From contig NC_086376.1 in assembly GCF_036588685.1 (NCBI RefSeq), positions 83,393,014 to 83,457,013 on the forward strand: a DNA stretch of 64,000 nucleotides, given 5' to 3'. The notes under the pieces were generated by a model, which made no database searches, was not told the DNA's origin, and saw only the letters and a list, made by a program, of their open reading frames with translations. Positions within the stretch are counted from its first letter, which is position 1, and the number at the start of each line of letters is the position of its first letter. Made by a program: the position numbers and the translations under genes. This document shows, one piece after another, positions 23,799 through 34,650 of this stretch. The DNA comes from Mytilus trossulus. Lineage: Eukaryota.

Positions 23799-24022
23799 GT
23801 TCAAGGTATTTTCATATTGACAAGACAGATGCCATCCCAACGTCTCTTCCTTATTTAACCGAGTATTCCAAAACAAAGATTTACTGTGCCTACTTATGTC
23901 TACGTCATGGAACCGATTGTACAGCATTTGTCTTTAAAACTGAACAGTGCCTAGTTTTCAATGGATACAGCTCCATCAACACCACACCAGATATTGGAAG
24001 TGTTATCTGGGTGTGGGTGTAA
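23799..24022 (+). CDS. Terminal exon: PAN/apple-like domain ...KIYCAYLCLRHGTDCTAFVFKTEQCLVFNGYSS...VWV*
   Basis: The cysteine spacing C-x3-C-x6-C-x9-C with the AF.F....C.L motif is typical of PAN/apple modules. Stop at 24020-24022. An AATAAA lies near 24160. Confidence 0.7.
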
Positions 24023-24187
24023 GAAAATTCGTCGCAGTACGACATCATGAATTGAGACAAACTGCTGATTTTAGATTTTTTATTAGTCTTAGAAAGTGAA
24101 ACTTACAAAGTATTTTTAATAGAAAGAAATACAGTTACTTCTGACATATGAATTATGAATAAAAAAAAATAATGTTATCCTTTTCAA

Positions 24188-24212
24188 TGATTGATTGATT
24201 GATTGATTGATT
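24188..24212. repeat. (GATT)6 microsatellite
   Basis: tgattgattgattgattgattgatt. Confidence 0.9.
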
Positions 24213-24664
24213 TGTGTTCAATGCCTCTTTCATCACAGTTGTGCTATTTCGTGGTCGCCAGTTTTATTGGTTGAGGAAGCCGTAGTGCCGGAGAGAATAA
24301 CCGACCATCTGTTAAAAAACTTCGACCTTTTTAATTGTGATTGGGGTCAAGCAAACCTGCCTCGGACAGGATACCAACTCACAACCTCAATGTAGAAAGG
24401 CTACAGTGAAACAATAGTTCAGCTACTTAGACCATTCGGCCACCAAAGCCAGCACACCTTTAAATGTCACTTACGTTCGGTTTGTGAACACATATGTTTC
24501 TATACCAAGCTCGTAAGAAAATGAGACAAACAAAACTATCAACATGACATTTAACAAAACATAAAAAAAAAGATAGCAGGCCTATAATTTTGAAAGCCAG
24601 ACACGCGTTTCGTCTACAAAAGACTTACCAGTGGTGCTTTAAGTTAAAAGGCCAAATAATTAAC

Positions 24665-24950
24665 TATGTTTACAGCGGATTCCATTGAGTGTGTAGCCAC
24701 TTATAATATCTTTGGTTATCTTGCTTGTTAGCTGAACCGTGAAGTCATTGTTAGGTTAGGTAAACTTCCCAACTTTAAGAATAGACTAGTCCAACATAAA
24801 ACCAATCTATCTGTTTGTTGGACTATGCTACTTCGAAAGGAGGATAGTATACCTGACCGTCTAGCAATGACTGCACGGTTCAGTTAACAAGCAAGCTAAC
24901 CAAGATATTACCTTTGACTACATACTCAATGGAATCTGCTGTAAGAGCAC
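24665..24950. mobile_element. Hairpin MITE copy 2 (same family as 10805-11075)
   Basis: Shares arms of about 100 bp with copy 1 and is internally palindromic. Confidence 0.6.
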
Positions 24951-26699
24951 GAAGGACGAAACATTCCGAAAGTAACTCAGTGGCCGACTAATACTGACTG
25001 AATAAGTTCGTCATTTACCCATTACATTAACTGTTTAAAAAATAGTTCACTACAGAAGTAGTGGAGCAGGATCAGACTTGACATACTGATTGGTTTTGAG
25101 AAGGTTTTGTTCGAAGTGAGGCAACACCGATCACTTGCTGTTTTCTCGACAAACAAAATGTCCCTGGTAATAATGAGTGATTAAAAAGATTTAAACTAAA
25201 AACAACGCAATAAAACTTCTCCAGAAGAATTCTTCCTTTCAAAACTTCGATAAAAGTAAGACCTCATCTTACCGAACAAGAAGCAGTAGGTAAACATCCT
25301 TTCCAAACCCATACTGAAATACTTCTATGAACTTATTTTCTGGATTTTACCCAACTGTTAGTACTAGGAATACTCCTTTCCTTTTTTAAACTATTTTACA
25401 TCAGAACTACATCGTCATCAAAATTGTGAAGTAAAAAGGCATATTTTCCCAAAGCTGTTAAAGACAAGTAAAAATCCCTTACAAATTGTTGCAAGGATAT
25501 GAAAGGATTCATTCTTATCTTTTATTGAAGATGACTCTTACTTGTGCTTACCTTTCCTGAGTACATACCATACCCTAGTTCTTGGTGGGGTTTGTGTTGC
25601 TCGGTCTTATGTTTTCTATGTTGTGTTTTGTGCACTGTTGTTTGTCTGTTTTTGGATTTTATATTTAGCCGTGGCGTTGTCAGTTTATTTTCTACTTTTT
25701 GAGTCTTTTTTTAAGGTATATATCACATCTTCTTCAATTACTAGAGATATGACAAAAGCTTTATTTAACTGTTTTTTGTGATACAGTGTATGAAACATAT
25801 ACAACCAGAAATAATGAGGACTGTAAACAATGAAGCAAATATCAACATTACAATCAAGGAGGATAATGCAAGTACAATGTATATGCAAAAGAAGAAGAAA
25901 TGTACATCATATGGTTTCAGAACAATTTGTCGCATACCGATCAGCTTTATTTATGCAAATAGACATACAAGCGAGAACACTAACACTTGTCTATTTGAGA
26001 GAGTGAAAGGATGTGTTTGTGTTTTGTACAATGTTTTCTTTATATTATTATGTAGTAAGTGGATCCATTTAAGAGATCTCTACTGGACTATTTTTCGAGA
26101 GTGTTTGAGTTGAGTTACGTCTGACGACATTTTTTTTGGACGAATTGTTCCAGTCAGCGATTGGATGAGGGATTTTATACTCTCAAAAAAGATAACCAAT
26201 TTGGTATATAACTATTTATGTTTGGGTTTTAATTGTCAAGTTTAAGCTCTTTTAAATTTTGTTGGAAAAGCTTTTCTGGATTAATCTTCAGCATGAAGAA
26301 ACAGACAAAGCTAATTGTAGGGTATAGATATAGAAAACGTTAAGGGCTATATGACCAAAAGAAAAGCAATATTCATTGCAGGTCAACTTTGCCTGAGGAA
26401 GTTGAAATCTTAGTTTATAATTTTGTTTTTCTTCATTTATAATCGGGTACACAGTATGATTAAAGTCATAACTGTAACAAAGCACGGACTTCTGAGCTAA
26501 AGAAAGTCTCTGGGAATCTCAGCAGTGATATCTACGCAGTGAAAGGAAATGATTAAAAACAGCTTTAAATTTTTTTCCTGCGTTCGAAGCTGGGACAACC
26601 TTCACAAAGAACGTTAAAATGTAATGTATACTATTGTTTCAGAAAAGGGAGAATATTTGGTACAATTAAAACGTTTAATCCCACTTCAATTGTTTGCAC

Positions 26700-27010
26700 C
26701 TGTCTCAAGTCAGGAATCTGATGTTCAGTGGTTGTAGATTAGACTTGTTTTTCCCGTTTGAATGATTTTACACTAGTCATTTTGGGGCCCTTTATAGCTT
26801 ACTGTTTGGTGCTAGCCTAGTCTCTGTGTTGAAGACCGTACCTTGAACTATAATTAATGGTTTACCACATATTCCTATATAGATATAGGAAGATGTGGTG
26901 TGAGTGCCAATGAGACAACTCTCCATCCAAACAACAATTCAAAAATTAAACCATTAAAGGTTAAAGTACGGCCTTCAACACGGAGCCTTGGCTCACACCG
27001 AACAACAAGC
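26700..27010. mobile_element. Head-to-head inverted pair of SINE-like interspersed repeat copies, forming a roughly 300-bp foldback
   Basis: ttttggggccctttatagc...gtgttgaagaccgtac at 26760-26840 is the reverse complement of gtacggccttcaacac...gctataaagggccccaaaatt at 26960-27010. Confidence 0.6.
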
Positions 27011-27510
27011 TATAAAGGGCCCCAAAATTACTATATATCTATTTGATTGCTAGGGTGCAGAACATCACAGAAAAGGTATAAGCTATATAACTTAAAGTTT
27101 CCTAAAATGAATAAACAAGTTCAGTTTTACTGATTGAGTTATAATATTAAGTTTCTTGGTATTTGTTTATGTCGATCAACGAGTTATTTGAGGAAATATG
27201 TTTAAAAGCATGCCAGTAACGAAGAATGTTAGGAACTATTAGACCAAAGCAATACAAAAAGAATCGCCACATTCATCGAAAGCCAACTTTTCCTGAGGGA
27301 GTTGCATCGTCGCTAGCCAAGGTTTACGAGAGGAGGGAAGTGGATATGTGGCCTTATTTTCTAAGGTTATCAACGAGGCATTTGAGTAAATATGAATCTT
27401 TATAATTCATTTGATTGATTATTTACAAATTTTTAATTTATCTATATAACATTGTATAAGAAACAAATAAACAGTTCAAACATATTAAAAATGAGTTTTA
27501 GATTTTGTCT

Positions 27511-27732
27511 TCAATAGCGATATCTTCTTCCACCACGCCTAGAACAAGGGAAGACACATTTTTCTAGTGATAGTTGACATTTTTTCCCTGACTGACACCT
27601 TCCACATAATTCTGACAGGTGCGGCTTTTTCGGTTCAGAATTGTCCTCTTCACACTCGCAATTCACCATTCCGCAACCGGAACAAATAAGAGGTGTTGTT
27701 CTGTATGGCCCCATAAATTCATCACACTCCAT
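27511..27732 (-). CDS. Unassigned Cys-rich ORF MECDEFMGPYRTTPLICSGCGMVNCECEEDNSEPKKPHLSELCGRCQSGKKCQLSLEKCVFPCSRRGGRRYRY*
   Basis: A 73-aa ORF with about 12 cysteines. A TATATAAA lies 14 nt upstream of the ATG on the minus strand. It has no homologue I can name. Confidence 0.2.
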   Translation of the reverse strand: MECDEFMGPYRTTPLICSGCGMVNCECEEDNSEPKKPHLSELCGRCQSGKKCQLSLEKCVFPCSRRGGRRYRY

Positions 27733-29109
27733 GCACTGTTGTTTATATAGGACCTTGAAGAAAATGTACCATATATATATGTATATATATAACATAGTCA
27801 TCGGTCGTTTTAGTCTCTTTCACTCTATCGTATCTTTTTGAAAATATTACAATATATTTTTCGCGCTTAAAGAAAACCCCGTCAATGTTTAAAGTAAAAG
27901 AGTTTAAGTCATGCGTTTCATAACTTGATGCTTTTCTATGTCATAATATTGCAATGTCTGCAATGTACTAGGCTTCGCGATTTTTCAGTAAACGTTAACT
28001 TGGAACTGGATCAAATAACACTTATTAAGTGTCATTTGATTCAGTTCCAATACACATACTAAGGCAAAGGAAACCCATTGCCATTTCGCCCTACAAAAAC
28101 AGTTAGTTTTCTGAAAAACATTGCACTCATCTGTGCTGACAATGTATTACATCCAATAGTAAAATCCGTAATAAGTTTGACTGTGTGTTTTGTACCAATA
28201 CATGTAAACTCGCCAAATCGGGAATACAACGGTTTTATCGAATGTCTCGTGAGAGGAAACTATCTTCGTGTACCAATTGGCAAAACCTGACTTTTGTGAT
28301 ACTTTCAATTTCCTGAATATGCATGATATTTTGTCACTGGACGTGATTATGATAAAGCAAACTCAATCACTAAATTATAATCTGTTTAGTAAAAAAAATA
28401 AAAAAAATAAGAATGATATCCATCTCGGTCAGTTTGCAAACAATCAGTATTTACAACTTTTAGAAATTGAAAGTTATCAATACCTTTAGCGTTCCAGACA
28501 TTTTCCAGACATATGAACTTGTCCACTCATGATCACAACTTCTGCAACAAAAATATCCAAAGCATCTCACTTCTCTTTGTAAACCCTCTCTACGATTATT
28601 GCGTCTTCCCATCGTATTTTGTATTGTTATTTCCAACTTATTTGTATCATTACATCATATATAGAAATGTAAATCTTTATTTAGAACTCTGTCATTGACA
28701 CGACTTAGTTGGGGAAAAGAAAGTCCCAGTGTAAATGTATTCTAATCTATTTTTACATTCATCTATTGAATTCTAGTTTCGGTTTTACTATCTAATCAGT
28801 ATCAAACATATAACTGGAGAAAACCAATTTTATAATGATATTTCAAACCGATATTTTTACAGATTCGGTTAAATCTGCAAATAACTTACAACTTCTGTGG
28901 ACCATACTATATATAACTTTCTGCGATTATTTTTAACTTCAATCCAATAAAATCCATTTATAACTCGAGGTCGATAACACAGCTAGTGAACGTTTTGTCT
29001 GCTCTGAAAGGGTATTAAGGGCATAACGGCCACCTCCAAATGGTGGCATTACGTCATTCTCTGAAGATTTAATACTAGTATTCGTAAAGTATTAAAATAA
29101 TTCGAAACT

Positions 29110-29320
29110 AAAAAAGAAGATGTGGTATGATTGCGAATAAGACAACTCCCCACAAGAGACAATGACACAGAAATTAACAACTATAGGTCACCGTAAGGCC
29201 TTCAACAATGAGCAAAGCCCCTACCACATAGTTAGCTATAAAAGGCCCCGAAATAACAAATGTAAAACAATTCAGACTGTGCGAGCGGATACCAACCCTT
29301 CCCTAATCTGGGACAGTGGT
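29110..29320 (+). mobile_element. SINE-like interspersed repeat copy (aagatgtggtatgattgc.aatgagacaactc...gtcaccgtaaggccttcaacaatgagcaaagccc...gctataaaaggcccc)
   Basis: The same family recurs at 22885-23015, 26885-27010, 32480-32620 and 42495-42800 on the + strand. It recurs inverted at 21430-21640 and 26700-26880. Confidence 0.6.
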
Positions 29321-29389
29321 GTAACAGACTAGTTACAGAACTAAAAAGAAATGCATAAAGTCGATAGAAAGTTTCTGAGAAAAAGCTCT

Positions 29390-30030
29390 TTTGTTCACTA
29401 CTTTACTTTATTATTTTCTATTTCGCTCCTTGTGTTCAGTTAAAGCGGACTTTACTTTATTATTTTCTATTTCGCTTAAAGCGGACTTTACTTTATTATT
29501 TTCTATTTCGCTCCAAGTGTATTCAATTAAAGCGTACTTTACTTAATCATTTTCTATTTCGCTCCTTGTGTTCAGTTAAAGCGTACTTTACTTTTAAATT
29601 ATTATTTTCTATTTCGCTCCTTGTGTTCAGTTAAAGCGTACTTTACTTTATTATTTTCTATTTCGCTCCTTGTGTTCAGATAAAGCGTACTTTACTTTAT
29701 TGTTTTCTATTTCGCTCCTTGTGTTCAGATAAAGCGTACTTTACTTTATTATTTTCTATTTCGCTCCTTGTGTTCAGTTAAAGTGGACTTGACATTATTA
29801 TTTTCGTTTTCGCTCCTTGTGTTCAGTTAAAGCGTACTTTACTTTATAATTTTCTATTTCGCTCCTTGTGTTCAGTTAAAGCGTACTTTACTTTATTATT
29901 TTCTATTTCGCTCCTTGTGTTCAGTTAAAGCGTACTTTACTTTATTATTTTCTATTTCGCTCCTTGTGTTCAGTTAAAGCGTACTTTACTACATTTTTTT
30001 CTATTTCGCTCCTTGTCTTCAGTTAAACCG
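29390..30030. repeat. 53-bp minisatellite (gcgtactttactttattattttctatttcgctccttgtgttcagttaaa)n, about 12 copies
   Basis: Clear tandem periodicity. Confidence 0.9.
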
Positions 30031-31965
30031 TATTGCACTCAATCCGGAATATTATTTGGCCTACGCATACGCTCTTTCCAACTAATTTATCTATTGACAT
30101 CACATATCTTGCTATATCTGCTAGCTATGCCCGTACTCGTCTTAATATTTATATAGTCTTTATGTATTTTTAAATGAGATTGTAGAGCAAAATGTTTCAA
30201 CCTTCTTTGTTCGTATTCATATGTAATTTGTCGATTTAACCGAGCATCTGTTGCCCTCAAGGAGTAAATGTAATGTTTCGGCATCAGTCGGGAGGATCTA
30301 GAAATTTTCCGTCCGCTGTTGGTGAACGAATCAACGGAGTGTTTTTTTTCAAATTGAAAAGAAAATTGAGACATGAAAAAGCGTTGAAAATTTTACATAA
30401 TCACAGTCATGAATCAACATTTTTTTTTTAACGTTTGAACTTTTTTGAAAAAAATATGAATCCTTATGATGACTATAACGCTAATTCATTGAACTATGGA
30501 ACCTCCTGTTTAAGTGTTTGCCCAAAGTTGTAGAATAGAACGGACGAGTTTATTTGTTCAAAAATCCAGGAACCAAGAAAAAGAAGAATAAGAGGATACC
30601 GTACATCGCATGTAAAATGGGAACAACCCCATAAAAAAGCCGGAGTCGAGCAAATCATGTTATAAGCCACGTGGCCCGATAAACAGGTTTTAAGTTTATC
30701 AAAATTACAACTGAACTAACGATGTCAATGTACGGTTTAGAAAAGAGGTGGAAGATCAAAAGGAGGGTCCAAAACTGTTTGTTACTTAGAACCGTCAAAA
30801 TAGTTTTAAAATAATGATAATCGACAACAACAAAAATCAAAATGTACAAATCACAATATAATTACTACTCAACTACACAAACCTCATCAAAAACCGAGGG
30901 TGATTTGAGATTCTCTGAAAGGGTAGCAATGAGATTGAGCTCAAAAAGTAACACGGCTATGTACGGTAAATATGCATGTAAGCTTTTTAAGTCAATTATA
31001 AATAACGTATTCCGAAATAGGTAGAAAGCTAGCTAACCAAAGCGGTTGCATTTACCTAAACACTCAAGGCAAGCAGCTGTAACACGGTTATGTAGGGTAA
31101 AATATATGTCGATAAACAACGTACACGAAAAACATCTCTAGTGCTCAGAAAGGTTTATCAACAATGTATCTCACAATTGTAAAAGAGTCTTTAGAAATTG
31201 TAATAAAAGATTATATTCTTAAAATTACCTCAATTCAAAATCATTTCAATGAAAGATGATTGTTAAAAAAAATTGTTTTTGAATGGGTCCATCGCGTGTA
31301 ATACGTTAATAAGATTAGTATTTAAGGAAAAGAAAGAAAAAAATGTCTTTATTAGGCTACATTATATACTGCATTATAAATGAAAAGTAGAGTTACCTTT
31401 ATTTAAAATCCGGTTCAGTTTGATTTTAAAAATCAACATTAGCTCTGAGGAATTGTATATTTTTAGATTTCTTGCAACCTATCAAAATTTAAAGCTTTTT
31501 TAAGAGTGTCACCTTTTTAGAAATGGTCGATTCGTACATGGCAAAACTGAGAAGTTCATAAAAAGAAACAAAAGGTATGTTGAAAGATAAGTTTATATTA
31601 CGAACGTGTTAGTTAAGTTTGAATAGCTGTTTTGTTTTGTTTAAACTATCAGATTGCAAGTTAAATACAAATAGATAATTCAAATCTATTTAAAGTTAAA
31701 CTTGTTATGGCGACAGGATACACTTTAAATTCTATATTCAAAATATAATATTCTTATTAAAGGATTGATAGATTTTTTGTTTAGTTTTCATTTAATTTCG
31801 TGTTATTGTCTGAATGTAATAAATGAATAAGAAGCAATTTCATAGTAATTCATTACTGTCTCTTACTTTTGAAATACGAGATATAATTAATCTGGTATTG
31901 TTTTAAAATAATCACCTTTAGAAGGAAAGCCGAATTAGATTTCTTTCGTACGACACGCTTCGAGT

Positions 31966-31974
31966 TATATATAA
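31966..31974 (+). promoter_or_regulatory. TATATATAA candidate TATA box 30 nt upstream of the glutaredoxin-1 ATG
   Basis: Position relative to the start codon only. Confidence 0.25.
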
Positions 31975-32003
31975 CTGTTTTTTTCTTCTTACAAGATTAA
32001 AAA

Positions 32004-32213
32004 ATGTCGAAGGCTAAAGTTTTCGTTGATGGAAAAATAGCTGGGAAGAAGGTAGTTGTCTTTTCAAAATCCTACTGTCCTTACTGTAAAAAGGCAAAAG
32101 CTACGTTGAAGAAATATATTGGTGAGGATGAAAAAGACATCATTGAAATCGACAACGATCCTGACTGTGACGCAATCCAACAGTATCTTGGAAAGTTAAC
32201 AGGAGCAAAATCG
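32004..32213 (+). CDS. GLRX: Glutaredoxin paralogue 1, exon 1: MSKAKVFVDGKIAGKKVVVFSKSYCPYCKKAKATLKKYIG...LTGAKS
   Basis: CPYC dithiol active site in the classic VVVFSK.YCPYC context. Donor is gtcagt, phase 0. Confidence 0.9.
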
Positions 32214-33053
32214 GTCAGTTAATATTTAAAATGTAAACTAGTTCATGCATGTAGTTGTTATTTTCTATCTTTTAATATGTAAAAAAAAAAGAAATATTTC
32301 TTAATTCGGATGTGAAAAAAACATAGTTATAAACGAAATGCCATATTCAAATTTCAGCAAAGACATTCAAAACTTATCCTTTTTTAAGATTGCAAATTTC
32401 ATACTGACATCTACCAGTACAACAAAAATAATGTGTTTGGGTTGTTCAGTCTAACATACAAAAAAATACATTCTTATAAAAATAAGAGGTTGTGGTATGA
32501 TTGCCAATGAGACAACTCTCAACAAGAAACCAAATGACACAAAATTTTCAACACAGTACAGCCTTCAATAATGAACAAAGCCCATATCGCATAGGCAGCT
32601 ATAAAAGGCCCAAAATGCTGTTCCTGCTTTATTGATGACAACTGACAACTTAAAAAAAATAATAGAACGCTGTCCCTTTCTTTGTCATCTAAGTTACAAA
32701 CTATCGGTGTCATAATAGTCCCAAAATCTTCCGATCTTCAAATCTATTATTAAAAACCCAACACACCCATTTATCAGGAGATCATGATCGGAAATGAAAA
32801 ATCTGATAGTATTAGTATCAACTAATATTTGTTTAGAAGTCGCAAATTTTCACTGAATTTCTTGCATATAAATTTCAAAATTTCTGTTATGCCATTATGC
32901 GTATTAACAGAATACCTAAACATATTTTATGGATTTAAGCGTTCGAGATGCAGGTAACAGCTTGGACAAACCAAGGTTAATAAAGTGTTATTTTTGTACG
33001 CCATTTTCATTTTTTATAGAAATATAATAATTGTGCTGATTATGCTATTTTAG

Positions 33054-33149
33054 GTTCCCAGAATATTTGTCAATGGTAAAAGCATTGGTGGCAATGATCA
33101 ACTTGAAGAGTTGGAACGGAAAAAGGAGCTGGCAGTGATGCTTAAATGA
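33054..33149 (+). CDS. GLRX: Glutaredoxin paralogue 1, exon 2: VPRIFVNGKSIGGNDQLEELERKKELAVMLK*
   Basis: Contains the TVPR.F..GK.IGG.D GSH-binding motif. Acceptor is ttttag and stop TGA is at 33147-33149. Confidence 0.9.
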   Translation, partial: VPRIFVNGKSIGGNDQLEELERKKELAVMLK

Positions 33150-33354
33150 AATATTGATCATCGCTCCTATTAGGACTACTAATACAAATACAAATACAAA
33201 TACAAAGTTTTTTATTGTCAATTATGACGCCCAATAATTTGAGCAGTACAATTAAGTTCAATTTCATACAAGTGATTACATATTGATTACATTGATTATT
33301 TAACAATTAAACAAAGTCAAGTTTTTTTCACCCAAATAATATCTGCAAAATAGA

Positions 33355-33389
<35 letters not shown>

Positions 33390-33424
33390 TTACAATATAA
33401 TATAGATCGACAAACTACCGGTGA

Positions 33425-33880
33425 CTAAACTGTATCTAGAATTAATTTTCTCTCTTTGAATAAAGTACACAATAATAAACTTACTTTTTTAATTATAACA
33501 TTATCCTCAGATGACATTAACCATATTAATTTTGATTTATTTGGGAGGCTTTTAAAGTTTTTGTTAACCTTATTTAAGTAATCTATATATTCAGATCTTT
33601 TATTTTCTAAAACAGGACACTGAAGAAGAAAATGAATTTCATCTTCAACTTCAGTGTTACATAATTTACATATTCTATCCTCCACTCGAAGCCCCACATA
33701 TCTGCCTCTTTCAATTTCTAATTTATGTGCACTGACTCTAAACTTAGTGAGCAGTCGCCTTTCATCCTCATTTAAAATTAATAAGTATTTTTCCATATAA
33801 ATATTTTCTTTAAATAATCTGTAAGTTCTTAGTTTATTTCCATGCTGTTTATTTTTTTGCAACAGAGACGTAAATGGCAC
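33425..33880 (-). pseudogene. Non-LTR retrotransposon (LINE) ORF2 C-terminal fragment with HxxxC...C...H zinc-knuckle-like tail (RVSAHKLEIERGRY...CKLCNTEVEDEIHFLLQCP)
   Basis: The motif is typical of reverse-transcriptase C-termini in jockey/CR1-type LINEs. It is truncated and has no upstream RT domain. Confidence 0.55.
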
Positions 33881-34015
33881 GTTGACAAAGACGATATCAA
33901 AGTTGGTGATGTAATTCTTATGAGAGACAAATCTATTTACCGAGGAGAGTGGCCACTAGGCATTGTGGAGGAAGTTCCGGATCTGATGATATCTGTGCAA
34001 TGGGTCTTGCGTTAA
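33868..34015 (+). pseudogene. LTR/BEL-Pao-type integrase C-terminal tail fragment (KWHVDKDDIKVGDVILMRDKSIYRGEWPLGIVEEV...)
   Basis: VGD.VL......PR..WPLG.V motif of retroelement Pol C-termini. Only about 50 aa remain and they abut the LINE fragment. Confidence 0.45.
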
Positions 34016-34499
34016 TAATAGCGGTCACTTCAGCTAAGAATGTTGTTAAACTTTCATGAGTCAAACTTTTACTACTAGAAGCATGATCATGTCTAATAGA
34101 TACCATGATCATGTCTAATAGATGTTCAAGTTTTATTTTGATAAAATTTATATTTCATTTCATTTTTCCAAATTAAAATCATTTTACCTCATGTTAACAC
34201 TTAGGTCGAATTTTTTTTCGTTTGTCATAGTTCATGTGTTCATTCAATATTCCTGTTATGCCGACCTGTTTATGTTAATATAAACGATTGCTTGGCAGTG
34301 GATTGATTACGATTCCGAGACAGAACGTAGCGTGTCGCAGATATATTAACAGGTCCGTGAGAAATCTCCGACTAGATCATAGTGTATTTTATTTTACGAT
34401 TAATATTTCAGACACAACAATATTTCTGACACATTAATGACAAACACGACTAATTCATCATTCCTATTGTCTACTTCGAAAAAAATCCCATTTCTCAGC

Positions 34500-34650
34500 A
34501 GTTTGCATACTCTCCAGTAGCGGATCCAGAAGTGGGATCCGAGGGTTGGGACCGCTTTTTATTAACGATCAATGCATTTCACTCGGGACATATAGTTGGA
34601 ACCCTCTTTTATCCTGGGTTTGGGAACCCCCTTTTTGAAAAATTACAAAT
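34500..34650. mobile_element. Copy of the CAGTGGCGGATCC-terminal-inverted-repeat MITE family
   Basis: ccagtagcggatccagaagtgggatccgag... shares termini with the copy at 17093-17245. Confidence 0.45.

Noticed and set aside
31966-32004. TATA box assigned as the Grx-1 core promoter
   Set aside because: It is kept only as a low-confidence feature. At 30 nt from the ATG it would leave almost no 5' UTR, so the real TSS may be further upstream with an untranslated exon.
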